A stretch of 43,332 bases of DNA, taken from the sequence record DRR723986_3396. The stretch is one strand, 5' to 3'. The notes beneath the pieces were generated by a model. It made no database searches. It was not told where the DNA came from and saw only the letters and a list, made by a program, of their open reading frames with translations. Below are positions 10,801-20,589 of the stretch, one piece after another (the stretch's first letter is position 1; each line of letters begins with the position of its first letter). Made by a program: the position numbers and the translations under genes.

Positions 10801-10845
10801 CAGCAGCTATTATATTGCCAGCACCAAATATCTGGAAGCCTGGCA

Positions 10846-11742
10846 CTATGACCCCACACGCGGGGGATCACAAAAGACCGAAGATGCAGTCGTGTCGATG
10901 AAGGCTTTGACCAACCGCAATCTTGCCCGATCTTTCGGCGCGACCACCGCTGTTTCGTGCGTTTTGGACAATTCGGCGACAGGCACTTCGACCAAACCAC
11001 GCGAAATCAAACCGCTGTTTCCAAGGAAAATAGCAATCCCCGCACCCTGAAGCACGGCTTCGCACATCAGTGGAAAGGTAGAGATCGTGATCGTCCGTTG
11101 CAATTGGATACCATGCTTGGCCTGTGCCTCGCGAACCACGCGTTCTGTCAAAGACCCATTTTCGGGCAGAATAACCGTCTCTTGCCTCAAATCCTTGAAA
11201 TGCAACATCTCCCGCTGGGCAAGCGGCGAAGAGGGCAGCAGGTAAGCAACGTAGCGGGTTTTTTGCACCGGCACCCTTTCCCAGTCTTCCATCAGGGGGG
11301 GATCGGTGATGAGCCCCACATCAGCCCGTCTTTCGCGCAGCAATCGCGTGGCTGTGGCCCAACCATACAAAGCAAAGTCGATTTCCACATCTGGATGGGA
11401 CTTTCGAAATTGGCTGATTGCGCGCAACGCCGGAAGCGGGGCATTGGCAATAATCTTGATATACCCGCGCGCCATGGATTCGAACCCCTCCAGCCGTTCG
11501 CTAATCGATGTGTCCAAAGCGACGAGCCGATCTGCAAGATCATAGAATTCCTGCCCCGTCCGGGTCAGAGCCACCCCATCGCGACTGCGCATCAGCAATT
11601 GGGACCCCACCTGTTTTTCCAACTTTGCCACATGCTGTGTAACCGCAGATTGCGTCACCCCCAGGCGGATGGCCGCTGCTGAAAAGCTGCCTTCGCGCAC
11701 GACATAGGCAAAGGCAACAAACTGGTGGTGATTGGCGCGCAT
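10846..11742 (-). CDS. LysR-family transcriptional regulator
   Basis: ATG at 11742 after AGGAG; HTH GSFSAAAIRLGVTQSAVTQHVAKLE; divergent from the ABC operon. Confidence 0.92.
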   Translation of the reverse strand: MRANHHQFVAFAYVVREGSFSAAAIRLGVTQSAVTQHVAKLEKQVGSQLLMRSRDGVALTRTGQEFYDLADRLVALDTSISERLEGFESMARGYIKIIANAPLPALRAISQFRKSHPDVEIDFALYGWATATRLLRERRADVGLITDPPLMEDWERVPVQKTRYVAYLLPSSPLAQREMLHFKDLRQETVILPENGSLTERVVREAQAKHGIQLQRTITISTFPLMCEAVLQGAGIAIFLGNSGLISRGLVEVPVAELSKTHETAVVAPKDRARLRLVKAFIDTTASSVFCDPPRVGS

Positions 11743-11779
11743 GATAATTCTCCTGATCTTTGGCGCAGGCGTAACCTCT

Positions 11780-11794
11780 ATTAGTTTCACTAAT
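11780..11794. promoter_or_regulatory. Candidate LysR binding site
   Basis: Dyad ATTAGT-N3-ACTAAT containing T-N11-A, between the divergent lysR and ABC genes. Confidence 0.6.
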
Positions 11795-11855
11795 GTGACG
11801 TCATAAAAGTGTGTGCTCAGATGCCTAAACCGCCATCGAAAGACGGAGGAATCAG

Positions 11856-13013
11856 ATGGCTGGTTTGAGAATCGAAAACATCAAAAAGCGCTTCGGAGAG
11901 ACAGAAGTGCTCAAAGGCGTGTCCCTTGATATCGCAGACGGTGAATTCGTTTCACTTATCGGCCCATCAGGGTGCGGCAAATCCACATTGTTGCGGATTA
12001 TTGCGGGCCTAGAGGAACAAACCGAAGGCGATATCATCATTGATGCCACGTCAGTCGCAGGGCTGCGCGCGGCGGATCGCAATCTATCGATGGTGTTTCA
12101 ATCCTATGCGCTCTACCCGCACCTCAGCGTGGGGGAAAACATCGCTGTACCGCTCAAGATGCGCCGGATGGGGACATTGCAGCGCTTGCCCGTGCTCGGA
12201 GGCTTCATGCCCGGCGCGCGTACCAAAGCGCAAGATATCGGCAATGAGGTCGCGCACGCCGCCCAGATGCTTGAAATCGGACACCTGCTAGACCGAAAAC
12301 CCGGCCAACTGTCGGGCGGACAACGCCAGCGTGTTGCATTGGGACGGGCTTTGGTGCGTGACCCAGCCGCCTTTCTATTGGATGAGCCTCTCTCCAATCT
12401 GGATGCCAAACTACGGGTTCAGACCCGCGCAGAAATCGCACAGCTCCACCGCCGGCTTAAGGCGACGTTTGTCTACGTCACCCATGACCAAGTCGAAGCG
12501 ATGACAATGTCTGATCGCATTGCTGTCATGATGGGGGGACGTATTTTGCAATGCGCGGCCCCCGACGTTGTGTATGGCGATCCAGATCGGGTCGAAGTGG
12601 CCGAATTTATCGGCTCGCCTAAAATCAACCTCCTCCCGATTGAGATCAAGGAAACCGGTCAGGCCTATCTACTGGATCGCGCCCTGAATCTTGCTGTGCC
12701 GGGACGTGTCCCAGGCGTTGCCTCGCTGGGGCTGCGCCCCGAGGCACTGTTCCTTGCGGGCGACACGGCCCCACTGCGTGGCCATGTTGTGCATAGCGAA
12801 AATCTGGGATCTGAGATGTTTGTTCAGATCGAACTGGCAAGTCTGGGGCAACGCATCACATTCCGGACAACGCCTGACAAACGCGCGACGCTGGGGCTTG
12901 GCACGCCGGTTGGGTTGGATTTCGACACCGCCCAAAGCTTAGTCTTTGATGCCGATGGCGCGCGTGTTCGCAACGCCGTTCCGGCCATGGTCCCCACCCC
13001 TGAGGTGGCATGA
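11856..13013 (+). CDS. CUT1 ABC transporter ATP-binding subunit (UgpC/MalK-like)
   Basis: GPSGCGKS, VFQSYALYPH, LSGGQRQR, LLDEPLSNLD, YVTHDQ; C-terminal TOBE-like region. Confidence 0.95.
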   Translation: MAGLRIENIKKRFGETEVLKGVSLDIADGEFVSLIGPSGCGKSTLLRIIAGLEEQTEGDIIIDATSVAGLRAADRNLSMVFQSYALYPHLSVGENIAVPLKMRRMGTLQRLPVLGGFMPGARTKAQDIGNEVAHAAQMLEIGHLLDRKPGQLSGGQRQRVALGRALVRDPAAFLLDEPLSNLDAKLRVQTRAEIAQLHRRLKATFVYVTHDQVEAMTMSDRIAVMMGGRILQCAAPDVVYGDPDRVEVAEFIGSPKINLLPIEIKETGQAYLLDRALNLAVPGRVPGVASLGLRPEALFLAGDTAPLRGHVVHSENLGSEMFVQIELASLGQRITFRTTPDKRATLGLGTPVGLDFDTAQSLVFDADGARVRNAVPAMVPTPEVA

Positions 13014-13014
13014 A

Positions 13015-13995
13015 ATGGCTTTGACCGAAACCCCGCAACGCAGCACCGTTACCACACCATCCCGATCCCGCGACAGCGCTGAAACCCGTGCAGCATGGGT
13101 TCTGACAGGCCCTGCCATGGTCCTGATGTTTGTCATCCTGCTGGCCCCTATTTTCCTTGCCGGGTTGCTGTCCTTTACCAACTACTCGCTTGGAAACAGC
13201 GGGTTTGACTGGGTTGGAACGCAAAACTACGAAAGACTGTTCACCCGCTCCACTTACGCAAAGATGTTCACTGCCACGCTGACCTATGTGGTGACTGTTG
13301 TGCCAATTTCAGTTGGGCTGGGCCTTGGGGCTGCGCTGCTGATCAACTCACTTGGACGGTTTCGCGAGATCTACAAAACGATCTATTTCCTGCCGGTGAT
13401 GGCAACGCTGCTGGCGATGGCGATTGCATGGGAATTCATGCTGCATCCCTCGATTGGCATGGTCAATCGCACGCTCGAGATGGGCTGTGGCACATTTCTG
13501 GAACGGATCTGGCCCTTTATGGCCCATGGTTGCGCCGAGCATTTCCCAGTTTGGCTGGGCGACAAACGCTATGCCATTTGGGTGATCAGCTTTATCGGCA
13601 TCTGGCAGGGGTTCGGATTCAACATGGTATTGTTCCTTGCAGGTCTGACCAGTGTGCACCGGGAACTGTATCATGCCGCTGAAATGGATGGCGCACGATC
13701 TGCCTGGGATCGGTTTCGGCTCGTGACCTGGCCAGCTTTGGGTCCGACCACGGTTTTTGTCGTCACCATCACCTGCATTCGCGCCTTTCAGGTCTTTGAC
13801 ACCATCGAAGCCTTTTGGCCGCAGGGCGGTGGCCCCAACAAGTCTACCTATGTGATGATGTTCGCCATTTTCGAAAAGGGGGTGCAACAGAACCTGATTG
13901 GGATCGGCTCAGCCATCACCATGGTGTTCCTTGCCTTCGTCATGTTCCTCACCCTGATCCAGCGTTGGCTGGTCGAACGAAAGGTCCACTACTGA
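13015..13995 (+). CDS. CUT1 ABC permease (UgpA/MalF-like)
   Basis: Six hydrophobic helices; EAA-loop variant LYHAAEMDGA; start MALTET immediately after the ATPase stop. Confidence 0.92.
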   Translation: MALTETPQRSTVTTPSRSRDSAETRAAWVLTGPAMVLMFVILLAPIFLAGLLSFTNYSLGNSGFDWVGTQNYERLFTRSTYAKMFTATLTYVVTVVPISVGLGLGAALLINSLGRFREIYKTIYFLPVMATLLAMAIAWEFMLHPSIGMVNRTLEMGCGTFLERIWPFMAHGCAEHFPVWLGDKRYAIWVISFIGIWQGFGFNMVLFLAGLTSVHRELYHAAEMDGARSAWDRFRLVTWPALGPTTVFVVTITCIRAFQVFDTIEAFWPQGGGPNKSTYVMMFAIFEKGVQQNLIGIGSAITMVFLAFVMFLTLIQRWLVERKVHY

Positions 13996-14957
13996 TGACA
14001 CGTGATTGGTGGAAACATCTGTTGTTGATCCTCGGTGTGATTGTCGTCATCGCACCCTTTTACATGATGGTCAGCTATTCGTTCAAATCCCCCGGCGAAA
14101 TTGATCGCGGCGAAGGTGGCTTTTTCGGCCGTCAGGACTTGATGATAGACGAACGCTGTGTGGCGTTGCGCGACCCAAGCCGCGCCGACATCGCCGCCGA
14201 GGCGCATCGCTTCCCGGACCAAAGTGACGGCGATATCCGCGACGCCCTGCTACATGAGGCCAAAGCCGACTGTGCCATGCGTCCGGTGGTGTTCAACTAC
14301 ACCAAAGCCTTCACCGAGGCACCCCTGCTGCGCTATTTGTTGAATGGCATCGTTGTGACGGCCTCGATCTTTTTGATCCAGGTTGTGGTGGCCTTGCCTG
14401 CGGCTTATGCCTTGGCCAAGCTCAAATTCTGGGGCCGCGACACAGTGTTTGCGCTGGTCTTGTTTTGCTTGTTGATCCCCGTCCACGCCATTGCGCTGCC
14501 ACTGTATATCTTTCTGGCAAAGCTGGGCCTAACCAACACCTATGCAGCGCTGGTGGTGCCCTGGACGATCTCGGTCTTTGGCATTTTCCTGATGCGACAG
14601 TTCTTTATGACTGTTCCGGATGATTTGATCGATGCCGCGCGCATGGACGGGATGGGGGAATTTGCCATCGTCTGGCGCGTGATGCTGCCCACGGCAATCC
14701 CTGCACTGTTGGCTTTTGCGATCTTTTCGATCGTGGCGCACTGGAATGACTATTTCTGGCCCCGCATCGTCGTCACCGGCAACCGCGACCTGTTTACACC
14801 GCCCCTTGGATTGCGCGAATTCAAAGGCGGCGGCGATGGGTCGTTTTTCGGACCCATGATGGCAACCGCGACCGTGATCGTCACCCCATTAATCGTGGCC
14901 TTCATGCTTGCGCAAAAGCGTTTCATCGAAGGCATCACCCTCAGCGGCATGAAATGA
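13995..14957 (+). CDS. CUT1 ABC permease (UgpE/MalG-like)
   Basis: TGATG coupling; LIDAARMDG EAA loop; WNDYFWP; FIEGI..SGMK terminus. Confidence 0.92.
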   Translation: MTRDWWKHLLLILGVIVVIAPFYMMVSYSFKSPGEIDRGEGGFFGRQDLMIDERCVALRDPSRADIAAEAHRFPDQSDGDIRDALLHEAKADCAMRPVVFNYTKAFTEAPLLRYLLNGIVVTASIFLIQVVVALPAAYALAKLKFWGRDTVFALVLFCLLIPVHAIALPLYIFLAKLGLTNTYAALVVPWTISVFGIFLMRQFFMTVPDDLIDAARMDGMGEFAIVWRVMLPTAIPALLAFAIFSIVAHWNDYFWPRIVVTGNRDLFTPPLGLREFKGGGDGSFFGPMMATATVIVTPLIVAFMLAQKRFIEGITLSGMK

Positions 14958-15064
14958 ATTTGGGGGCACCCAAAAGCGCCCCCAACCAGAAATCCCGTAA
15001 GGGACAACCCCGGAGCCCCGTCTGCAAACAACGGCTCCAAGACCCGGTAACAAAGGACTATCCC

Positions 15065-16312
15065 ATGAAACTGAATGCCACCGCAATGGCCCTGGCTCTT
15101 AGCGCCACCACCGCTTTCGCCGAAGACGCCGTAACCATCGAATTCGCCTATCCCTATAGCCACCTGTTTGATGTGACCTATGAGGCGATGATGCCGGCCT
15201 TCAAAGAGGCGCACCCAAACATCGACGTGAAATTCCGCGCCACTTATGAATCCTACGAGGATGGCACCAACACAATCCTGCGCGAAGCCGTGTCCGGCAA
15301 TCTACCTGATGTGACCATGCAAGGCCTGAACCGTCAGCAGATCCTGGTGGAAAAAGGTATCGCCAAGTCACTTGAGCCGTTCATCGCCAAAGAAGCGGAC
15401 TTTGCCAAAGACGGTTACCACGATGCCATGTTGTCCCTGTCGACCTTTGATGGTGACGTCCACGGTCTGCCGTTTTCGGTTTCGCTGCCAGTTGGCTATT
15501 ACAACATGGATGTCCTGAACGCCGGTGGTATCGAAGCCATGCCAACCACATGGGACGAGGTGATCGGCGCCTGTGAAACCATGAAAGCCAACGGCGTAGA
15601 CAACCCGGTGTTCTGGGGTTGGAACATCACCGGAAACTGGTTCATGCAAGCCCTGATGTGGTCGCAAGATAAAGCGATTGTCGACAACGGCAAAGTGACC
15701 CTTGATAGCCCCGAAGCACTGGCCGCCCTCGAGCAGATGCAAGAGATCTTTACCAAATGTGAGATGCAAAACCTGGAGTGGAAAGCCGCGCTTTCTTCTT
15801 TCTCTGCCGGTGAAATCGGCATGATGTTCTGGTCAACCTCTGCACTGGGCGCTGTTGAGCGGTCACAAGGGGACTTTGAACTGGTCACCGGTCCTTTCCC
15901 CGGCATGGGCGAAACGCCCAAGGGCCTGCCCGCAGGTGGCAATGCGGCGCTATTGACCTCCACCTCGGATGATCCAGAAGTACAAAAGGCCGCGTGGGCT
16001 TGGCTCAAATTTATCACCTCGGGTGAAGGTGCTGCAGAAGTGGCCAAAACCACCGGCTACATGCCCCCAAACAAAACCGCCAACGAAGTGATCCTCGCGG
16101 ATTTTTATGACCAGAACCCAAACAAGCAAACCGCAGTAGATCAGCTGCCCCTGCTGCGCGATTGGCTGGCCTACCCGGGTGCCAACGGTCTGGCGATCAC
16201 GCAGGTGATCTATGACGGGATCGAACGAATTGTGACCGGTGACGCCACCGACATGAAAGAACTGCAGCAAGAGCTGGTTGAAGAAGTCGCTGACCTTTTG
16301 CCGAACGGTTAA
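15065..16312 (+). CDS. ABC substrate-binding protein (UgpB-like)
   Basis: Signal peptide MKLNATAMALALSATTAFA after AAGGA RBS; GLPFSVS.PV.YYN, PTTWDE, AW.WLKF, TGYMP. Confidence 0.92.
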   Translation: MKLNATAMALALSATTAFAEDAVTIEFAYPYSHLFDVTYEAMMPAFKEAHPNIDVKFRATYESYEDGTNTILREAVSGNLPDVTMQGLNRQQILVEKGIAKSLEPFIAKEADFAKDGYHDAMLSLSTFDGDVHGLPFSVSLPVGYYNMDVLNAGGIEAMPTTWDEVIGACETMKANGVDNPVFWGWNITGNWFMQALMWSQDKAIVDNGKVTLDSPEALAALEQMQEIFTKCEMQNLEWKAALSSFSAGEIGMMFWSTSALGAVERSQGDFELVTGPFPGMGETPKGLPAGGNAALLTSTSDDPEVQKAAWAWLKFITSGEGAAEVAKTTGYMPPNKTANEVILADFYDQNPNKQTAVDQLPLLRDWLAYPGANGLAITQVIYDGIERIVTGDATDMKELQQELVEEVADLLPNG

Positions 16313-16322
16313 TCTTTTACCT

Positions 16323-16354
16323 GGCCGCGTGGGCTCCCTCACGCGGCCGTTTCT
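16323..16354 (+). terminator. Stem-loop after the SBP gene (terminator or mRNA stabiliser)
   Basis: GGCCGCGTG / CACGCGGCC 9-bp stem followed by GTTTCT. Confidence 0.55.
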
Positions 16355-16371
16355 ATCTTGGACAGATACTC

Positions 16372-17202
16372 ATGAAAATCATTCATCTTTCGGACATTCA
16401 TCTGACAATTCCCGGCGAAGAAATGGGTGGCCTGAATCCCCATGCGCGGTTTGCACAGGCTCTGACGCATATCGCAACGCACCACCCGGATGCCGCGCGT
16501 GTCATCATCACGGGGGATTTGGCCCACTGGGGTGAACAGGCCGCATATGAAGCGCTGAAAGTTGCGATTTCTGGGCTGCCTATCTCGGTGCAGTTGATGA
16601 TTGGCAATCACGACGATCGTGCGACGTTTCTTTCCGTATTCGCAGATCATCCAAGGGACGACCACGGGTTTGTAAACCACGCTGAAACCTTGGACGGTGT
16701 CCGTTTCATTTATCTCGACAGTGTCGGGGATCGTACACATGCAGGCCATTTTTGTACGAAACGCCGCGCGTGGCTTAAAGCCGAACTCGAAGGCTGTGAC
16801 CGGGCGCGGATTTTCCTTCATCACAACCCAATGTGTCTGGGTTTGCCCGCAGTTGATGAAATTGGCATGGTCGAACAAGATCGCGGTCCGTTCCACGATC
16901 TGATCCAAACGCATTCAGCCAAGATTGACTATGTCCATTTTGGCCATGTGCACGCGCCAATCCATGGACGCTTTGCCGGGGTACAGTTTTCCAGCGTCCC
17001 CTCGACCGGCAACCAAGCGATCCCGGATCTTCGCGAAACAACGCTGCTGAAAGGCGCCCCAATGGCACCGTCCTATTTTGTGGCGCTGATTGATGGGGCA
17101 GAGACAATTATCCACCAGATCCCCTTTGCTTGGGACGGGCCAGTATCGACCACAGGCACCGGGTGGGAAGATTGGGCAAAGCCCAGTGAAGCCGCCGAAT
17201 GA
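16372..17202 (+). CDS. Metallophosphoesterase (GpdQ/CpdA-like phosphodiesterase), cytoplasmic
   Basis: All five motifs: SDIH, TGDL, GNHD, HHNP, GHVH; no signal peptide. Confidence 0.9.
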   Translation: MKIIHLSDIHLTIPGEEMGGLNPHARFAQALTHIATHHPDAARVIITGDLAHWGEQAAYEALKVAISGLPISVQLMIGNHDDRATFLSVFADHPRDDHGFVNHAETLDGVRFIYLDSVGDRTHAGHFCTKRRAWLKAELEGCDRARIFLHHNPMCLGLPAVDEIGMVEQDRGPFHDLIQTHSAKIDYVHFGHVHAPIHGRFAGVQFSSVPSTGNQAIPDLRETTLLKGAPMAPSYFVALIDGAETIIHQIPFAWDGPVSTTGTGWEDWAKPSEAAE

Positions 17203-17656
17203 TACCCACGAACCGGGTCTGTCAAAAAGCCACCCCACCCTGCACCCCCTGATTGGTGTTGGCAAAAGAGCTGGCCCAAGCCACAGTTGTTTTGCCCGCT
17301 ACCGGTCAAATCTACGCCGCGGACGGTCAACTGCAGTGGCGGGCCAACCAATCTTATAAATAACGGGTGTATGAAGGAAATTCACCCCTGCAAGAAAGGG
17401 TCACCATGGCTGGGCAAGAGATCATATCTCGGCTGGATCTTGAAAACATCCCATCGCCGCAGAAAAGCAGATTTCTGGGCGCGTCCATGGTGTTTGATGC
17501 AGATGCCGGCCCCGCCGACCCCTATCGTGTTCTGGCGATCAAGCTGCCAAAATCGTTTCAGTTACCCACTCAAAGAAACGCGTTATGCACTGTTTCCCCC
17601 TAACCAAAACAGCTGGGGGGGAATGATCTACATCGGGTTGCCAAAACGCGTCTGTG

Positions 17657-19075
17657 TCACGGGGTGACAACCGCGCCCGGGTTCATGATTCCCAATGGGT
17701 CCAGCGCCGATTTAATGGTTTTCAACGCTGAGAGCTTCGCCGGGTCTGCGTAGTGTTCCAAGGCTCGCGCTTTGGCGCGTCCGATCCCGTGCTCGGCACT
17801 GATTGAGCCGTCGAATTGGTGCACTGCGTCATGCACGATGCCTTCAATGGCAGGTTTCAGGTGCATATAGACGTCGCGCGCCTCGTCCTTTTGAGGGAAG
17901 AAATTGAAGTGTAAATTGCCATCACCCAGATGACCAAAACAATTGACCCGCAGCGGCGCAATCGCAAGCACGTTGGCCGTGGCCTGTTCGATAAATTCTG
18001 GAAGGTGGGTCAATGGCAGCGAAACATCGTGACTAGCAACCGCGCCGATCAGTCTATTGGCTTCGGGAATATGCTCGCGCGCGTTCCAAAACTCTGCGCG
18101 CTGGCCATGTGATTGGGCAATCAAGCCATCGTGAACCAGACCTTCTTCCAGCCCATGTTCAAACAGCGCCATCAACATGTCTTCGCCGTTTTGCCCAGCC
18201 TGCAGACCCAGCTCGATGAGGACCGACCATTCGGGGGACGTCTCAAATGGCAACCGCACATCCGGCATGGTTTCCGTAAGGAAATCAAACCCAGAGCGCT
18301 GGATAAGTTCAAACGCCGAAATCGACTCGCCTACGATGTCACGCGCTTGCGACAACAGCGACAGTGCCGCTTGTGGGCTATCAACCGCCATGACCGAACA
18401 CGCATATTCGGACGGACGCGGATACAGCTTGAGCGACGCCGCTGTGATAATCCCCAACGCGCCCTCTGATCCAATCAGCAGATTGCGCAAATCGAAGCCG
18501 GTGTTGTCTTTTCTAAGACGGGTCAGCCCGTTCCAGATCTGACCATCAGGCAGAACCGCCTCGATCCCAATGCACAGATCCCGCATGTTGCCATAGCGCA
18601 GAACATTCACGCCCCCAGCATTGGTGGCCAGATTTCCGCCAATCTGACAGGTGCCTTCGGCTGCCAAGGACAATGGAAACAACAACCCCGCCTCTTCGGC
18701 AGCGTCTTGGACGGACACCAAAGTGGCACCGGCCTCGACCACAATCACACTTTCCAACGGCAGCACCTGACGGACGGCTTTCATGCGTTCAAGAGACAGC
18801 ACAACAGGCGCGGGCCCCTCGGTCATGATCTGCCCCCCAACAAGGCCTGTCCCACCCCCAAACGGGACAAGCGGCACCCTGTTTTCAGCACAGACCCGAA
18901 CGACGGCTGACACCTCGTCAACTGAGCGCGGGGCCACGATCAGCCCGGCAATCCCCTGCATATTGCCGCGTGGATCTTCCAGATAAGATGCGGAAAGCGG
19001 CCGAAAGCAACCTTCGGAGATCTCAGCCGCCAGCTTCGAACGGAACACATCATCCGCTGCTTGTAAGTCAGGCAT
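17657..19075 (-). CDS. FAD-linked oxidoreductase, D-2-hydroxyglutarate dehydrogenase-like
   Basis: GGGTGLVGG, IGGNLATNAGG..VLRYG, LRKDNTG, GSEG.LG, FGHLGDGNLH, SAEHGIG, DP.GIMNPG; start MPDLQ after AAGGGG. Confidence 0.9.
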   Translation of the reverse strand: MPDLQAADDVFRSKLAAEISEGCFRPLSASYLEDPRGNMQGIAGLIVAPRSVDEVSAVVRVCAENRVPLVPFGGGTGLVGGQIMTEGPAPVVLSLERMKAVRQVLPLESVIVVEAGATLVSVQDAAEEAGLLFPLSLAAEGTCQIGGNLATNAGGVNVLRYGNMRDLCIGIEAVLPDGQIWNGLTRLRKDNTGFDLRNLLIGSEGALGIITAASLKLYPRPSEYACSVMAVDSPQAALSLLSQARDIVGESISAFELIQRSGFDFLTETMPDVRLPFETSPEWSVLIELGLQAGQNGEDMLMALFEHGLEEGLVHDGLIAQSHGQRAEFWNAREHIPEANRLIGAVASHDVSLPLTHLPEFIEQATANVLAIAPLRVNCFGHLGDGNLHFNFFPQKDEARDVYMHLKPAIEGIVHDAVHQFDGSISAEHGIGRAKARALEHYADPAKLSALKTIKSALDPLGIMNPGAVVTP

Positions 19076-19502
19076 GAGTGTCCCCTTCTGCGATAATGCG
19101 CGCATCCGGCGCAAACGAAGACCGCAATTGCGCGGCCCAAACACCGTCAATCTTTGCAATCACCCATAGTGAGGGAAACGCGATCATCAAAGAGCCGTCC
19201 GTGGTAAATCGCTGAACCTCCATATCCAAATGCACCTTGGTGGCATTGGCATGCACCACATTTAGATGCCCCCAGGCAGAATGGCTCCACCCCTGTCCTG
19301 CGCGGCTGCGAAAATCAGACAAATAGCTGTCAGGTGTTTCCCACGTCTTCAATCGCCCATCAGTCAGACGAAAGTGCGGGAAATGAAGGGTCGCGGCGAT
19401 GGCCGCCCCATCCCGGGCATTAATGCTATCGATATGCGCCTGCATGACCTGCTTTGCAGCGGTGATGCTGTCTGCGAATGGGTCAAGATTTTCGTGGGTC
19501 AT
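19068..19502 (-). CDS. SnoaL/NTF2-like small protein of unknown function
   Basis: 144 aa; pattern H...IN..D...IA..LHFPH and terminal W.IAK.DG.W; translationally coupled to both neighbours. Confidence 0.7.
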   Translation of the reverse strand: MTHENLDPFADSITAAKQVMQAHIDSINARDGAAIAATLHFPHFRLTDGRLKTWETPDSYLSDFRSRAGQGWSHSAWGHLNVVHANATKVHLDMEVQRFTTDGSLMIAFPSLWVIAKIDGVWAAQLRSSFAPDARIIAEGDTHA

Positions 19503-19505
19503 GGG

Positions 19506-20405
19506 TCACTCCTGGGGGACCGGCAAATCGAACCCATAAAGGCGCGCCGGATTGTCTACGAGAATTTGAGTACGGATGTCTTCAGCCGGGGCCCACGCTG
19601 CCAACATGTCGAGCAAGGCTCCGTCATCTGGCATGGGGGGCCGAATATGCGGGTGCGGCCAGTCACTGGCCCAGACTAATTGATCCGGGTTGGCGCGGAT
19701 CAAAGCGTGGGCAAAAGGGGTGACATCGCTATAGGGCGTCTGATCTTCGGCTGTAATCCGATAGCTGCCCGACAGTTTCACCCAGACCAACCCCTCGCCC
19801 ACCAGCCGCAACAGCGCCTGAAACCCGGGATGATTGATCCCGAAATGGGTGGGGATGTGCCCGAAATGATCAAAGACAACAGGAACAGGAAGCGCCCGGA
19901 TGACCCCCTCCAGATCCTCAAAGGTTGAGACATCGGTAAGCATCTGAAGATGCCAGTTGGCCTCCGAAAGCGTGCGGGCCAATCGTTGCACATCATCCAA
20001 CTGTGCATCGCTTTGAAACAGGGCATTCACGCGCGCGCCCCTTGCCCCTTGATCGTGCAGCTGATGCAGCTCTGCGAGCTTTACATCATCATCAACCACC
20101 ACAACGGCGCGAAACTCTTTCCCCCCCTTGGCAACAGCGGCCAGAGTGGCGCGATTGTCGGTGCCATACACACTGGGCTGCACGATAACACCACGAGACA
20201 AACCAAGGGTCCGCAGCATGTGCTGATAGGCAGCAAAAAGGGCCTCGGGGGGGGTATAAACACGGCTCTGCTCTAGCTGAGAGCCCGTGTTGAACACATG
20301 CGCGTGGCAATCACAGGCCCCCGAGGGCAGCACAAAGCTGGGTTTGTGTGCCTGCACCTTTGCGGCAGCACAAAGCGGGGCTGAAACTGTTGCGACGTTG
20401 GACAT
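19506..20405 (-). CDS. Amidohydrolase_2-family lactonase (LigI-like)
   Basis: CDCHAHVF, VQPSVYGTDN, DHFG, WVKLSGSYR, WASDWPHP, DNPARLYGF. Confidence 0.88.
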   Translation of the reverse strand: MSNVATVSAPLCAAAKVQAHKPSFVLPSGACDCHAHVFNTGSQLEQSRVYTPPEALFAAYQHMLRTLGLSRGVIVQPSVYGTDNRATLAAVAKGGKEFRAVVVVDDDVKLAELHQLHDQGARGARVNALFQSDAQLDDVQRLARTLSEANWHLQMLTDVSTFEDLEGVIRALPVPVVFDHFGHIPTHFGINHPGFQALLRLVGEGLVWVKLSGSYRITAEDQTPYSDVTPFAHALIRANPDQLVWASDWPHPHIRPPMPDDGALLDMLAAWAPAEDIRTQILVDNPARLYGFDLPVPQE

Positions 20406-20589
20406 TGCTTACCCTTCAAGCACTGAAAACCGGTTCAGAACGCTTTCAGGGAACGCCCCCAAAACGACAAGAACCGAGTCTGGAGCTTAGGGTAGGCAGA
20501 TTTTTTGTATCAGAAAAATACAATTACCTGATGCTATCTTCACCTTTTTGAAACACACCATTTCACCCCCTGCCACAGGGTCAGAGGGC

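Noticed and set aside
11798-11815. Pho box upstream of the ABC operon (ACGTCAT-AAAA-GTGTGTG)
   Set aside because: Only one half-site resembles CTGTCAT; too weak to call
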